64,000 nt of DNA from Mobula hypostoma. Taxonomy: Eukaryota. Positions 1-12,562 of this stretch are shown here, in pieces. Location: assembly GCF_963921235.1 (NCBI RefSeq), contig NC_086097.1, forward strand, positions 148,120,001 to 148,184,000, written 5' to 3'. How positions within the stretch are numbered: position 1 is the stretch's first letter; every line of letters begins with the position of its first letter. The notes beneath the pieces were generated by a model, which was not told the DNA's origin, searched no databases, and worked only from the letters and a program-made list of their open reading frames with translations. The position numbers and the translations under genes were made by a program.

Positions 1-1
1 C

Positions 2-802
2 GTGAACGACTTCGATCTGATGAAGTTCGAGGTGAAGAAGGAACCCCCCGAAGCCGAGCGCTACTGCAACCGCCTGCCGGGCTCGCTGTCCTCCACGCCG
101 ATCAGTACCCCGTGCAGCTCGGTGCCGTCCTCGCCCAGCCTGTGCGCCGCCAGCCCGGGGAGCAGTAGCAGCAACAAGGCTCACCAGCTGGAGGATCTCT
201 ACTGGATCAGCAACTACCAGCATCACCTCAACCCGGAGGCACTGAACCTCACCCCCGAGGACGCCGTGGAGGCTCTGATTGGGAGCTCGCAGACCCACCA
301 GCACCACCACCACCACTTCGAAGCGTACAGGGCGCAGCAGTACCCCGGGGAGGAACTGCCTGTCAACGGCCACCACCAGCACCAGGCGCCGCCGCACCAC
401 CACCACCACCATCACCACCACCACCACCTCCGCCTGGAGGATCGCTTCTCGGACGACCAGCTGGTCAGCATGTCGGTGAGGGAGCTCAATAGGCAGCTCC
501 GGGGCTTCAGCAAGGAGGAGGTCATCCGCCTGAAGCAGAAGAGGAGGACCTTGAAGAACCGGGGCTACGCTCAGTCTTGCAGGTACAAACGGGTCCAGCA
601 ACGGCACATGCTGGAGAGCGAGAAGTCACTCCTCCAGCAGCAGGTGGACCAGCTAAAGCAGGAGGTGGCCAGGTTGGCCAAAGAGAGGGACATCTACAAG
701 GAGAAGTATGAGAAGATGGCGAGCAGGAGCTACAGAGAGCAAGGCTCGGCCGCTTCCAACCCTGGCAAGAACAATTCCTCTTCCAGCGAGTTCTTCCTGT
801 GA
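2..802 (+). CDS. MAFA: Large Maf bZIP transcription factor MafA, 5'-truncated by the window edge (about 20 N-terminal residues missing); no intron in the visible part
   Basis: Reads (V)[67 protein letters not shown]; poly-His; [47 protein letters not shown] plus leucine zipper; ends [13 protein letters not shown] and [21 protein letters not shown] are MafA-type. The first codon GTG is an internal Val, not the start. Confidence 0.95.
   Translation: MNDFDLMKFEVKKEPPEAERYCNRLPGSLSSTPISTPCSSVPSSPSLCAASPGSSSSNKAHQLEDLYWISNYQHHLNPEALNLTPEDAVEALIGSSQTHQHHHHHFEAYRAQQYPGEELPVNGHHQHQAPPHHHHHHHHHHHLRLEDRFSDDQLVSMSVRELNRQLRGFSKEEVIRLKQKRRTLKNRGYAQSCRYKRVQQRHMLESEKSLLQQQVDQLKQEVARLAKERDIYKEKYEKMASRSYREQGSAASNPGKNNSSSSEFFL
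396..427 (+). repeat. (CAC/CAT)n trinucleotide tract encoding the MafA poly-histidine run
   Basis: caccaccaccaccaccatcaccaccaccaccac, in frame. Confidence 0.9.
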
Positions 803-1065
803 GTTGTACTGCACCTGAACTTACGAAGGGCAAGAGGGGTGGGTAGGGGAAAGATGCTTCTGATGTGACTTCAAATTAGTGTACAGAACCTTTGCAGCAG
901 AGAAAGCGGAAAAGGCTGTAAATAATTTGAGAAGGACACACGCGGGACTTACTCTGCAGATGCTTTGAGAATTTATTTGATTCAAGGAAACATTACCGAC
1001 TCGTTTCGGAAGACTGCAGTTCTGGCAAAGAAAATTTTAAAAGTGCTGATGTAATGGTCTATTTA

Positions 1066-1073
1066 AAAGGGAA
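1066..1073 (+). promoter_or_regulatory. 8mer seed match for miR-204/211 in the putative MAFA 3' UTR
   Basis: AAAGGGAA; a second AAAGGGA at 2661-2667. Confidence 0.4.
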
Positions 1074-2900
1074 ATGAACGAAAAAAAAACCTACAATTTC
1101 ATTAGAGGAAAAAATGAGAAATATATTTAGAAAGTAAATGAACTTCACAGGTACAAAGTAGACTTTGAACCAGAAGAGAAAATAGTTTCAAACAAATATG
1201 GACTTTAAAAAATCCTGCATGCTGGACATGTATGGCGTTTAAAGTACTCTCTCTTTTTTGGTACCCAGCCCTATTGGGATGGGAGAAATACGCATGGCCC
1301 CTGGCTTTAATTTTACTTTTCTTCATTTTTCAAGCATCATTGGAAAGCAACAAGAGGGTTAAAATAGCTGCATTCTGGAATAACCTCTGTAATATATTGG
1401 CAATGTCCTGTAATAACATAGGGAGAATAATGGGAGGGAAGACTTTGTAAGTCTTCTTTCTTCTATGGTTTAGATTGGTTGAGTGCAGCTGGTGTTTCGT
1501 TTTGCGGTTTCACTTTTTCATTAAAAAGAACTTTAAAATATGGGAGTAAAATTAAATGACTTGAATATTTAACTGTATTGGAATTGTACATAGAATGTTT
1601 TAGGTATCTGCCTTTTTCTCCTTTTTTGAGCCTATATTTTGCTTGATCAAGTCTTAAAAGAACTTTATAATTAAGAGCATGCAGATAATGTAAAGAAGTA
1701 AAAATGGAGCTCATTTAATAATGTAGACAAAAAACTACTGCACTATCAGAAGCCGAATTTGTTTTATAAATAAGGCTTATGTTTTTTTTTAAATGCTGTT
1801 TTTAACTTATTATAATTACTGACCTGATTGCTGTTTCACTCTTGGGTTGGAAAAATAAAAAGAGGGAGGTGAAATGTGAGGATATTGCTCAGGATTCAAT
1901 GCCAGTGTTGAGCTTTGATTTTAATCAGTCAGGATTATCTAATTCTCATTAATATGGAGCAATGATCTTTGTAGAAGATTACTTATCTCTGTGGCAGGTA
2001 ACATAATAGGAAGGATCATTGTCCTTAACCCACACCCTTCCAAGAAAAAGATTGATGCTGGTGCCATATTGGAAAGTGTGTCACTCCTGCATTTACTGGA
2101 AATCGGGAAAATAGGTAGTTATGGTAAGTTATATAATGGGGAAACTTGAATTATTTGAACTCTGGAGCTGCTGTGGAAATTTCTAGACTAATTCCTAATT
2201 TATTTGAACACAAATTCAGTTTCAAATTCTGACTTTTTTACACCAAACCAAAAGATCCCAATATTTTATATCCAAATGTCTCATTAAAAGTTTCTTAGTG
2301 TAGTTTTGAAAATACAGTAAAATTAATTAAGGTTCCTCCCTTTGCCCTAGCCACCCACACTCTTTGACTTTGCAACTTCCATTGGGTGAGGGGGAGGGTT
2401 GAAAAAGGCAAATGGACCAGCTTTCAATGAGAAGATTCTAGAATACGTATTGTTTGTTTGTTTGGGGTGGGGTGGGAAGAAGAGGAGACTGATGGGAACT
2501 GATAACAACGGGTGATTTGAAGTCATTCCAAAAAAGAGTGAAAGCCAGTGAGGCAGGTGCAGTACTGTAAATTGCAGTTATTTATATTTATAGATTCTTT
2601 AAAAGTTCAAAACTTTTGTCAATGGAATATTTCAATGTAAATATTATTTTCTTTTCTGGCAAAGGGAGTGAGATTCCATTTTTTTTCGATTGCTGCTGCA
2701 TGTTCACTCTGTTTTTGAATGACACCAAAAAATGACTTAACAGCTTCATTGTATCGCTACATTTCTGTAAAAGGACAAAAGTAGCACAGTAGGTGCCAGA
2801 TTTGTAAAACCTGCAGTAGATTTTTTTCTACTCCCTTATTACTGTTTGCCTATGCTTGCAACAAATTCGGGAAAATGAAGAGCTGAATTGCAGAGTAATC

Positions 2901-2985
2901 TGTACATGTTTATTCTCTAATAAAAACAGCTTTTTTAAGTAAAAGATAAATGTTTGTTTTTCCTATATAGAAATTTTGTGTGTAA
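2901..2985 (+). terminator. Candidate MAFA polyadenylation region
   Basis: TGTA at 2901-2904, AATAAA at 2919-2924, downstream U/GU-rich tract at about 2951-2985. An alternative AATAAA lies at 1854-1859. Confidence 0.55.
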
Positions 2986-3690
2986 TTTCAACTCAAGCGC
3001 ATTTGTTATAATTTAACCCAGATACAAATAGTTGGAATCAGTAAGACTGGTTGGTATTATTTACCCAGCTGATCTTTTTCACCCAGCTGTCTGAAGAAAT
3101 CCATCAGATTTTTTTATCCTACTTGGGTTCTCCATTAGCCGGTGGAGTTTGGCATTAAGCGGGCACCTTGGTTTTAGGTGTTGCCTTGCCTGGCGACTCC
3201 TGACAATTGAAGAAGTGGTCTACACAGTTTCTTGCATTTCAAGGATCTGCCTTTCCATTTTTTCCTATAGACTTTGACCCTAATTCCAGTGTTTTAGTTA
3301 TCTAAACCTGCATTTCGCAAGGCTACTTTATTCATGTTTCTGCAGTAGAAATTAATTCTAATGTCCTGCAGAAAGCAATTGTGCATTATTGGAATATATA
3401 TAGCTGAGTATACATTGCAGAAGCTTTTAAATCTGTTAAGTAAAATAATGGAACATGATTGCCAATTTCATTCTAGGCATCCTACAACTCATAACTTAAT
3501 TTATTTTTCTCATTGCACAAAAATTGTATAGCAAGTTTGAATTAAGTGGGTGTTTCGTGTTCGAAGAAAAAAATTGAGCTGATGATGCGCCTATACCAGG
3601 GAGTTTGATTCTCTGGAATAATGTTTCAATATTTCATGTTTCATGTACTTGAAAATGGGGCTGAAAAGGGTGAAAAGTATCTTGGATGCA

Positions 3691-3737
3691 AGATGCTGGA
3701 AATCTTGAGCAACACACACAAAATGCTGGAAGAACTC
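3691..3737 (-). mobile_element. Short fragment of a PLE terminal repeat
   Basis: gatgctggaaatcttgagcaacacacacaaaatgctggaagaactc is the reverse complement of the tail at 13220-13265. Confidence 0.7.
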
Positions 3738-6700
3738 GACTTTGGTAGTGTCAGCCTCCAGATATCTGCAGCCGATAGACTCATCGCTTCCGAGACTGCC
3801 ACACCCATAGTGTTTTCTTTTGTCTTGGTATGGGTGGTGAGTGGTGTAGAAACACACAAACAGCACTCAATGGTTAATCAGTGAAACTGCTGCAGTCAGG
3901 GAGCTAGGCATTTGTGTTCATCCTCCTGATTCAGCATGGGAATTTAAATGAAATGACCCCAGGACTAGGACAGGACAAGCACTGGGGAGCTTTGGTATTA
4001 TTTATATGGTATTGCTAACATATAGTTGCTGCTTTTCCCCGTCCCTCCTTTATTAAAATTTAAAACCTCACGCTTATGAGCACAACAATGAGAGAAATAT
4101 AAAAGTGGCCACTTATAACCAACTGGCTGTCACCTTTTGCTGCCCATTTTGAGCCATTGTTAGAATAGAAATGGGAGTGCGGGCAATGGGAAGTAGAGAA
4201 ATTCGCAGCGTTAGGACAACACGGTCAGACCGGATAACTCTTTGAGCCGCTGGCAGCTTTTCACGCAGCAATGCAAGATACAGAAGTGTAACAGCAAGTG
4301 CTCGACCCAGGTACCCCAATTTTTTCTTTTAAAATAACAAGGAATTTGACAAACTACATTTTTGGTTTGTGTCTGTAAGAGTCATCAAGAATTGAGATTC
4401 TAGGGAGAATAGTGAGTGTGAGTGATATAATTTTGTATTGTATGTTGAAATTTAAAAAAAAACAAATTGCATTTCTAATGACACTCATAAAATAGACTAT
4501 TTGTTTTAGGGTGCATGTAAAAATGTAAAGTTGAGGCTTTTAATTCTGTGATACAATGCCTGCTCTGCCTAAGCTCAGTAGTAAAGTGGTTGGTCGATTT
4601 TCTTGCTGCAGTATGATGAGACTATTTGAGTCCTTAGCGCACAATTGCAAAGCTAAGCATATTTTTGGGGGGAGGGGAAATATGCAACACTCAGTCCAAG
4701 TTTATATGTGCCAGAAAGCAATTTAAAAAGACGAGGCATGGAGTGGGGATGCTACCGATGAGTAGAATTGAAACAGAAAAAATTGTAGGATTTCTTGAGT
4801 AAGGTCAATAAGATAATTGTGTTTGAACCATTGTACTGGCATTTTTCATAGCACGCAAGGCATAGGGAAGAGCGAAATTGTGACAAAGGGAAAGCAACCA
4901 AGCCTAAATTCTTAAATAGAAATTTTTTTCAAAATGATAGTGTATTTTACAAACTTTTGGCAGGTGTGTGGATTTCAAATGAATTGGAGGAATATAATAG
5001 TAAAATGAAATCTTTAGGTAATTCAATAGATAAATTCTCTACATGCTTAAATGTTCAATGTACTGATGTTTCAACAGCATTGTCAAGCTACTTTGATTCA
5101 AGTGTCTTGCAGCAGAATTTTCTTTTGGAAATATCTTTAATATCTGTGGAGATTCATTTGCTTTGTTCATATTCTTCAAAGGTATACTTTGCTGCCAGCA
5201 GCACAATTTGACTGTAAGAATGTCACAGTCCAACCCACTCTTCCCCACTCTGAGCTTTGTGGTAAACTGCTGTTCAATAATGATCAGGACATTTACCAGA
5301 TATATTTCATCAGCAAAGCCTGGGGGAGTGTTGACCCATGTTGCGATAGATCCCCATTTGTTGCCTTGATTTTGAGGGCAACTACTTTGAAATATTTTGA
5401 GACTTGAATCGGGGATGTTTTCCTCTTTGTGACAATGTAGTCATTTGCTCACTGAAGATCCATGTATTTCCTTCACCTAGCCACTATTCTGCAAAAATAC
5501 TCAAAAGATTTTTCTAAGATATTTTTAAATTCGTCCACAAGGTGTAATGGCAATATCTGCAATTACCTTGTCTCCTTTTAGTTTCAGTGCAACTATTTGC
5601 AGTGATGACCTTTAATAGCAAAAGTTCCTTTGTGCTTGATAAATATGCATAATATTGTACAGATAAGTTGGAGTTCTGAAATGCACCGTGAATTGGAAAC
5701 GGAGGTTTGGCTGAATTGAAGTCCATTGCTTTGTGCAAAGGTCTGTTTTAAACTGTAATGGGTTCCAGGGTATCCATAATGAGTGAATTACCCAGGGACA
5801 AATTTCACTAAATGATGGGCTTTCGGTTGTATTAGTCCAAGGATAATGATTGTACTGAGTGAATTTAAGTCAGTAATATTGCAGTGAGTAAAATTTGAAA
5901 ACAGTCTAATTATGAGACAAAAATCAATATAGTTCTTCTTGCAGCATGTCATATGTACTGTCAGTAGCATGAGGAGGTCTGCCTCGTTCTCAGATATTCA
6001 GTCAGTTTGGGTATAATGAATTTTGCGGGGAAATGGTGTCTGTTGGCAAATGTTATCTTATATTACCTGTTATAAACTAATCAGCATGGTGCAATGATTA
6101 CAGTAAGCAATAATTGGTGCAGGTAGTCACATCTGGGCTTTTATTTGTTGTTCTTAAACCAAACATTACTCTTTGTTATGAAAGTAATTCTTTAAAAAAA
6201 GAAATTCAATGGCCTGAAGTCTAAAACTTACCACTATGTTTAACTACAACTGTGGAAATTTCCACTTCCTAAACTCTTCCATTTTAAATGAGTGAATATA
6301 AGGGAAACCAAAATAGCATTGAGTCATTGCAGCCCGACCACTCCTTTGCAGGCCTCTTGTACCCACCATTGCTAACACCATAGGTATAGGAGTTCTGTTT
6401 TCATTGTTTCAAACTATCATTTCAGTTTGGCTCGTTTTTGAGATGTATAGCTGATTACAAAAAGAATTGAAGGACTGAAGCAAGAATCAGTGGAGTGAGA
6501 AACTACAAATCCCTGAAGGAGTGGGAATCATGAGCCAAAGTTAGGTGGGGAAGGAGGCTTGAACCTTGTATTCTTTCTATTAGCAAATCAAGTTTCATTG
6601 TAGCATTATGCAGTTTTACTTCCAAATGTTAGCTAGCTTTGGTGTTCAATGTTTTGGTTTTTAGGTTAATTAAATTGAGATGCATTAATTGGTTTGTATT

Positions 6701-7144
6701 TTGATACAAGTCCATACAAACAGGATTAAGGCTGGCGATCGACTCACAAAGCTCGAATGCATCTTAAGACTGTTATATTCTCAGGACTACTGGAAAATAT
6801 TTATTGGTCCACACCACTTAGGCAGAGGATATTCCTTGCCTGAAGGCGTTAATGTGCAATTACTCAAGGAGAGACGTTGTTCCTGTAATCTCACAGCATT
6901 CTTGGCTATTTTATATAGTGCCAGATTCACTATTTATTTTCCATACCTTCCAGAATGAGAGCAAGTTCCAGTGCGCGAAAATACACAATGCAGAATTGCC
7001 CCATGTGTATATTGATTTATTTTCAGGTGATATAACTACAGTATAATGCTGTGTTGCACTACTGAATTCCCAACCTCCGCAAACTACTAACTGGGCTAAA
7101 GCAGCTCCTGAAGGAGCTGCAGGTGTTGGTGTTACTGGGTCTCA

Positions 7145-7160
7145 TGCACCCTCTAGTGGA
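7145..7160 (-). promoter_or_regulatory. Candidate CTCF binding site
   Basis: Minus strand TCCACTAGAGGGTGCA closely matches the CTCF core CCAC/GYAGRGGGCGC, in non-repetitive sequence. Confidence 0.5.
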
Positions 7161-8757
7161 TAACTATGAAATAGGTTTAAAAGGGCACAAACATCAGCTT
7201 GGCCTTCTCAAAGGCAACGCTGGTAGATTTGATTCTCCCCTTCTTCCTAAATCCATGTTCTTGAGCACTACTAAATACTCTTTCAGACCTCTGTCTATCT
7301 AAATTTTATATATTAAGTTCATGGTATTCTTACCCATTCCAGAGGAAGGTTCAGATCAAAGAAGTTAGATTGAGTTATTCCCGATGTTTTACATGCATTG
7401 GTCAAAACTGCTCTTTGATTCTCTGACGAGTTATAAGGCTTTTTAATTAAAGCAAGTGAGCAGCCATGCTGTTGGATTTGTCCCCTGGTTTTCAAACAGA
7501 GATCATATCTGGGATTGCAGCAACTGCTCCTTGACTTCTGTAGAAGACTCAAGTAATACAACCTCAGATAAAGGATCCTAAATGGAATAAGTGTATTGGT
7601 GAATGGTTGGTGGAGAGTGGGCTATAAATTAGCCTATTGAATGGATATTGTCTGCAAATTAAATAACCTGCTGATTCTCACGCTCACTAGTAGGCACAAG
7701 TCCAAGTATAGATCCAATTCTCCTGCCTATGAAATTATCGTAATCTAGAATGCATTGGTTGAAAGAACAATATTGGATAGAGAACTGGATATAGACTTGG
7801 AGAGGGTGTTGGAAGATTTTGCAGAAAGAGGAGAGTTGTAGCTAAATCTCCAGCACGGATCCTATGTAACAGTGGTAAAATGACTCTAATTTTGTAAAGT
7901 ACATATCTTTCAGTTGGTATTCTGGAACAACATTAGAATAAGGCCATTCAAATGAGAAGCCAGGATGCACTAGGCAGTTTATCCTGGAATTCCTTTCCCT
8001 CTTTTCCCACCCCTAGCCCAATAGCAAATAACCTGCTTAAAAAACCTCAAAAGTAAAATAAATGTTTTTGTAAGAGGAAAACATGGGATATACAGAAAAG
8101 AACAGAGTTGACATGGAGCACAGCCATTGATACAAACAGCATTGATGATGGAACAGGCCCTTGAGGCTTTGAGACCTACCCCAAAATGGAGACAACACTT
8201 AAACAGGGGCATGTTGCGACATGTGCCAGTGGTGTTTTCATCCCTTTTTGTAACATGCAATTCATTTCTGCCTGATTTTTTTTTAGCCAATATCCTTTGC
8301 TCTCCACATCACCTTTCAACTGCACAGGCATGGGATAGTTACGTCTGTATGTGTTTTAATATAGAACTACATTTCATCTTCAGGGCTGTATGAACGTAAG
8401 GTAGAGGGATGTGTTATGTGTGTTAAAAGTACAGTGTGCAGGATCGGGCAAGCAACACAGTGCACAGATATCACAATATACTTCAAGCGAAAAGTAAATA
8501 AACAAGTTTGTTAATACAATAGTTACTGAGACTTATAATGCAGAAATTATAATCTTGAAGGCACTGCCAGAAAGAATGGTACGGGCAAGAGAATTGGATA
8601 TAGACTTTGGTAACTTTGAATATAAAAAGGATCTAGTGCTTCCAATATATTTCCTCAATCAGATGCACTTTATGTGGAATCTTATCAAATGCCATCTGGA
8701 ATACAAATACACCTTACTACTGGTTCCCCTTAATTAAATATTTTTTTAATAAAGCTA

Positions 8758-9969
8758 CAGTCTGTGGCCTCTTTATTAGGTACACCCATATGCCTGCTTG
8801 TTAATGTAGATATTTAATTACCTAATCATGAGGCAGCAATTTAATGCATAGAAGTATGCAGACATGGCATCACGGGTAGAAAGGGTCGTAAAGAGAGCTT
8901 TTGGAACATTGGCCTTTATTAATCAAAGTATTGAGTATAAGAGCTGGAATGTTATGACGAGGTTGTATAAGGCATTGGTGAGGCCGAATCTGGAGTATTG
9001 TGTTCAGTTTTGGTCACCAAATTACAGGAAGGATATTAATAAGGTTGAAAGAGTGCAGAGAAGGTTTACAAGGATGTTGCCGGGACTTGAGAAAGTGAGT
9101 TACAGAGAAAGGTTGAATAGGTTAGGACTTTATTCCCTGGAGCGTAGAAGAATGAGGGGAGATTTGATAGAGGTATATAAAATTATGATGAGTATAGATA
9201 GAGTGAATGCAAGCAGGCTTTTTCCACTGAGGCAAAGGGAGAAAAAAACCAGAGGACATGGGTTAAGGGTGAAGGGGGAAAAGTTTAAAGGGAACATTAG
9301 GGGGTGCTTCTTCACAGAGAGTGGTGGGAGTGTGGAATGAGCTGCCAGATGAGGTGGTAAATGCGGGTTCTTTTTTAACGTTTAAGAATAAATTGGACAG
9401 ATACGTGGATGGGAGGTGTATGGAGGGATATGGTCCGTGTGCAGGTCAGTGGGACTAGGCAGAAAATGGTTTTGCACAGCCAAGAAGGGCCAAAAGGCCT
9501 GTTTCTGTGCTGTAGTTTTTCTATGGTTTCTATAGTTAAGAGGTTCAGTTGTTGTTCAGACCAAGCATCGGAATGGGAAAGAAATGTGATCTAAGTGACT
9601 TTGACTGTGGAAGGTGGTTGCTGCCAGGTGGGCTGGTTTCCATACCTCAGCAGTTTCTGAGCTCCTGGGATTTTCAGGCACAACAGGCTCTAGAATTGAC
9701 AGAGAATGGTGCGAAAAACATTCCGTGAGGGACAGTTCTGAGAGCAAAAACGCCTTGTTAATGAGAGGCCAGAGGAGAATGACCAAAAACTGGTTCAAGC
9801 TAATAGGAAGGCAACAGGAATTCAAATAGTCACGTGCTAAAATAGTAGTGTGCAGATGAGCATCTTTGAATGCACATGTCAAACCTTGAAGTGAATGGGC
9901 TACACACAGCAGAAGACGAACAGACAGTCAGTGGTCACTTTACTAGGTACAGGAGGTGGCGACTGAGTG
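8758..9969 (+). mobile_element. Internally deleted Tc1-like DNA transposon, interrupted by CR1
   Basis: TA then TIR cagtctgtggcctctttattaggtaca. Decayed transposase N-terminus MGKKCDLSDFD..VAARWAG..SELLGFSGTT.SR..REWCEK..RGQRRM at about 9573-9910. Ends gtggcgactgagtg. Confidence 0.8.
8865..9533 (+). mobile_element. CR1 LINE 3' fragment, relatively young, nested in Tc1
   Basis: ORF 8864-9340 YKALVRPNLEYCVQFWSP..ERVQRRFTRM..LGLYSLERRRMRGDLIEVYKI..TRGH; frameshift near 9315; CR1 3' tail. Confidence 0.92.
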
Positions 9970-10024
9970 CATATTCACCATGCTTGATTGTTATGATTTC
10001 CTAAATGTCTTGCTATTAACCCGT

Positions 10025-10590
10025 CAAATGTTTCAAAGGTACATTTAATGTCAGAGAAGTGTGTACAATATACATCCTGAAGTGCTTTTTCTTCGCAACC
10101 ATCCACGAAAACAGAGAAGGGCCCCCTAAGAATGGATGACAGTTAAATGTTGGAACCCCAACGTACCCCCCCCAGCTCCCCTCCCTCCTGCGTGTAAGCA
10201 GCTGCAAGCAACAATCCCCCCCTCCCCCCACTGGTTAAAAAAAAAGCATCAGCACCCACGACTGAGCACTCAAGCATGAGCAAGGCATCAGCAAAGACAC
10301 AGACTTGCAGTACCCCAAAGACTACATTGTTCACCTGGCATTCGACATACCACAGACTCTCTCTCTCTCCCTAATAAGGGAAAAAGAGGTGTCGCCGTTT
10401 CACAGCGAGAGGGGAGACATAACAAACAACTCACTAGTTTAAGTTGTTCAAAGTCTGTTACATAGCTTTTTCCGAGCTCTGTGCCCAAAGATCTTGGGTC
10501 TCTGGACACACAACCAGAGATCTTCTGTCTCTAAAGACACACCGATCTCCTGCAGAGGCACCAACCTCCAACCACCCCCCCCTCCCGATT
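10025..10590 (-). mobile_element. Non-coding retroelement fragment ending in a Rex1-type 3' tail
   Basis: 10025-10110 resembles the tails at 30452, 38360, 51555 and 59715; no RT coding seen upstream. Confidence 0.55.
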
Positions 10591-11239
10591 TTAGTTAGCT
10601 AATTAGCTTATTGATTCTGGTATTTTCCCAATGACAGAAGCTAGCCACAGTTTTTTACTTTCTGTCTCCCTTTTCCATGAATAGTGGAGATAAATTTGTA
10701 TTTTTCCATTCCTTTGGAATGTCTCAAGAATTTAAGGAGGTTTGGTTGGATACAACAAACTATCTCTGCAGACAGTCTTTTATAGGCCTGGATGCAGGAC
10801 ATCAGTCTTTAGCCCCATTAGCTTAATACTCTTTCCCTAGTGACAGCTATTAAGTTCTTCCTTCCCTGTATCCTTGATTAACTATTACTATAGTTAAATC
10901 TTCAACCAGATATAAATGTTTCTGGGAAGGACAACATTTATTGTTCATTCCCCGCTGACTTTGAACCTCTGTATTAGTGCTCCCAGGACTGAAGTTCCAT
11001 GATTTTTGACTTGGTGAGGATGGAGTGCAAATACTTGGTGAGCGACTTGTAGTTAATGTGTTTCCTGGAGAAATATTCATCACAGGCTGGAGCTGGCAAG
11101 TATGAGGTTAAGCCGAAGAAACTTCAATGACTTGCTGACATTCGGTCATCAGGACTGAATTGCAGCTTATTTTAGACAGTGGATATTTAAGCTAGTGGAC
11201 AGACTGCTAATTAAAAACATTGATAGGTATGATTGACTG

Positions 11240-11765
11240 TTGGTGAGGACACACTCGGAATATTATGCGCAATTCTGGTCGCCACTCAAAAGGATGTAGT
11301 TGCACTAGAGAGAATACAGAAGATTCACCAGGATGTTGACTGGAACAGAACGACTGAGTCGAAAGGGGTGATTGAATAGGCTGAGAATGTTCGCAATGGT
11401 GTTCAGGTGTGTGAGTGGTGACCTTATGATGGATTATAAAACCATGAAAGATGGTAACTTTTTCCATGGGAAAAAGAAGCTAAAACTAGAGGATATAGAG
11501 AGGGGAAATATTTAATGGTGAACTGAGGAAGGAACTTTTCTGCATGGAGAGGTGGGTATGTGGAACAAGTTGTGAGAGAAAGTAGTAGTTGAAAGATTCC
11601 AGTGCAGTGTTTAAAAATCATTTGCATGGGTATATACAGTAGATAGGAAAGAAAAACAGGGATATGGGTCTAATGCAAGAAGATGGGATTAAGGTAGAAA
11701 GGCATTTTCGTTGGCATGTGCGGGTTGGGCTGAAAGGCCTGTAGCCAGGCTCTAGAGCTCCCTGA
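11240..11765 (+). mobile_element. Degenerate CR1 3' fragment
   Basis: Decayed LEYYAQFWSP-like and QRRFTRML-like sequence and the CR1 tail gggctgaaaggcctgt. Confidence 0.7.
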
Positions 11766-12562
11766 CATTTCCCAATGTAACAAAATCTAGCAATTCTTCA
11801 AAGGTAAAGTCCTGAGGGGCCTCAGTAATCCCAACACCTTTCAATGATATCAAAGGTGAAAATAGTGGTGCACTAAGTAATTATTAAACAAGTAAACAAT
11901 CTTCGTGTTGAGTACAATTATCTAGTAGTTGCAGTGATAACGATATTTTGGGCAACCATCAGTCAACTTCAGTTTCTCAAATTACAGGAATGAAGCAATA
12001 GCATATCAAAATTGCCTTTCACATCTTTACGATGCCACATAAAACTAATTAATTTCCATATGCAACCAGTGAACTTGCAGGAAAACCAAGGTGCTGATTT
12101 ATGTACAGCATCACCTATAAAACAATAAATGGGACAAATAATCACCTTACTAGTTAGAATAATGGAATCATAAAATCAAAAAAGTTCCAACACAGATAAT
12201 TCAACTTAGTGCACAGGTCAAAAAATATTCCTCAACCTAATTTTACTTTTGAGCAGTAGGCCTGAAACTCTGTCAGTCGCCATCTCCAAATGCATATCCC
12301 TCTGGTATTTGATATGAAAAGAATCCTTTTTATTTACTCTTAAAAAAAACACAGTTAAGTAACCCTTCAGTCTTCTCCGTTGTAAAGAAAAGCATCCTGG
12401 TTTATCTGTTTTCCTTTGTATCTAAAAATCTTCCAGTCTTGACAACAACCTTATAATTCTCCTGTGCGCCCTCTCCAGTGCAATCACTTCTTTCCTGACA
12501 TGTGTTGAGCAGAACTGTATATAGTACTTGTGGTGTCACCTGATTAGCATGATGTCCTAATA

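Noticed and set aside
279..833. Alternative-frame and antisense ORFs overlapping MAFA
   Set aside because: By-products of GC-rich coding sequence and the CAC repeat
3591..3884. Three overlapping ORFs
   Set aside because: No recognisable domain; the KMLEILSNTHKMLEEL part is a translated PLE repeat
8864..9340. 158 aa ORF as a host gene
   Set aside because: 5'-truncated CR1 RT C-terminus with a frameshift; the ATG comes from the insertion junction
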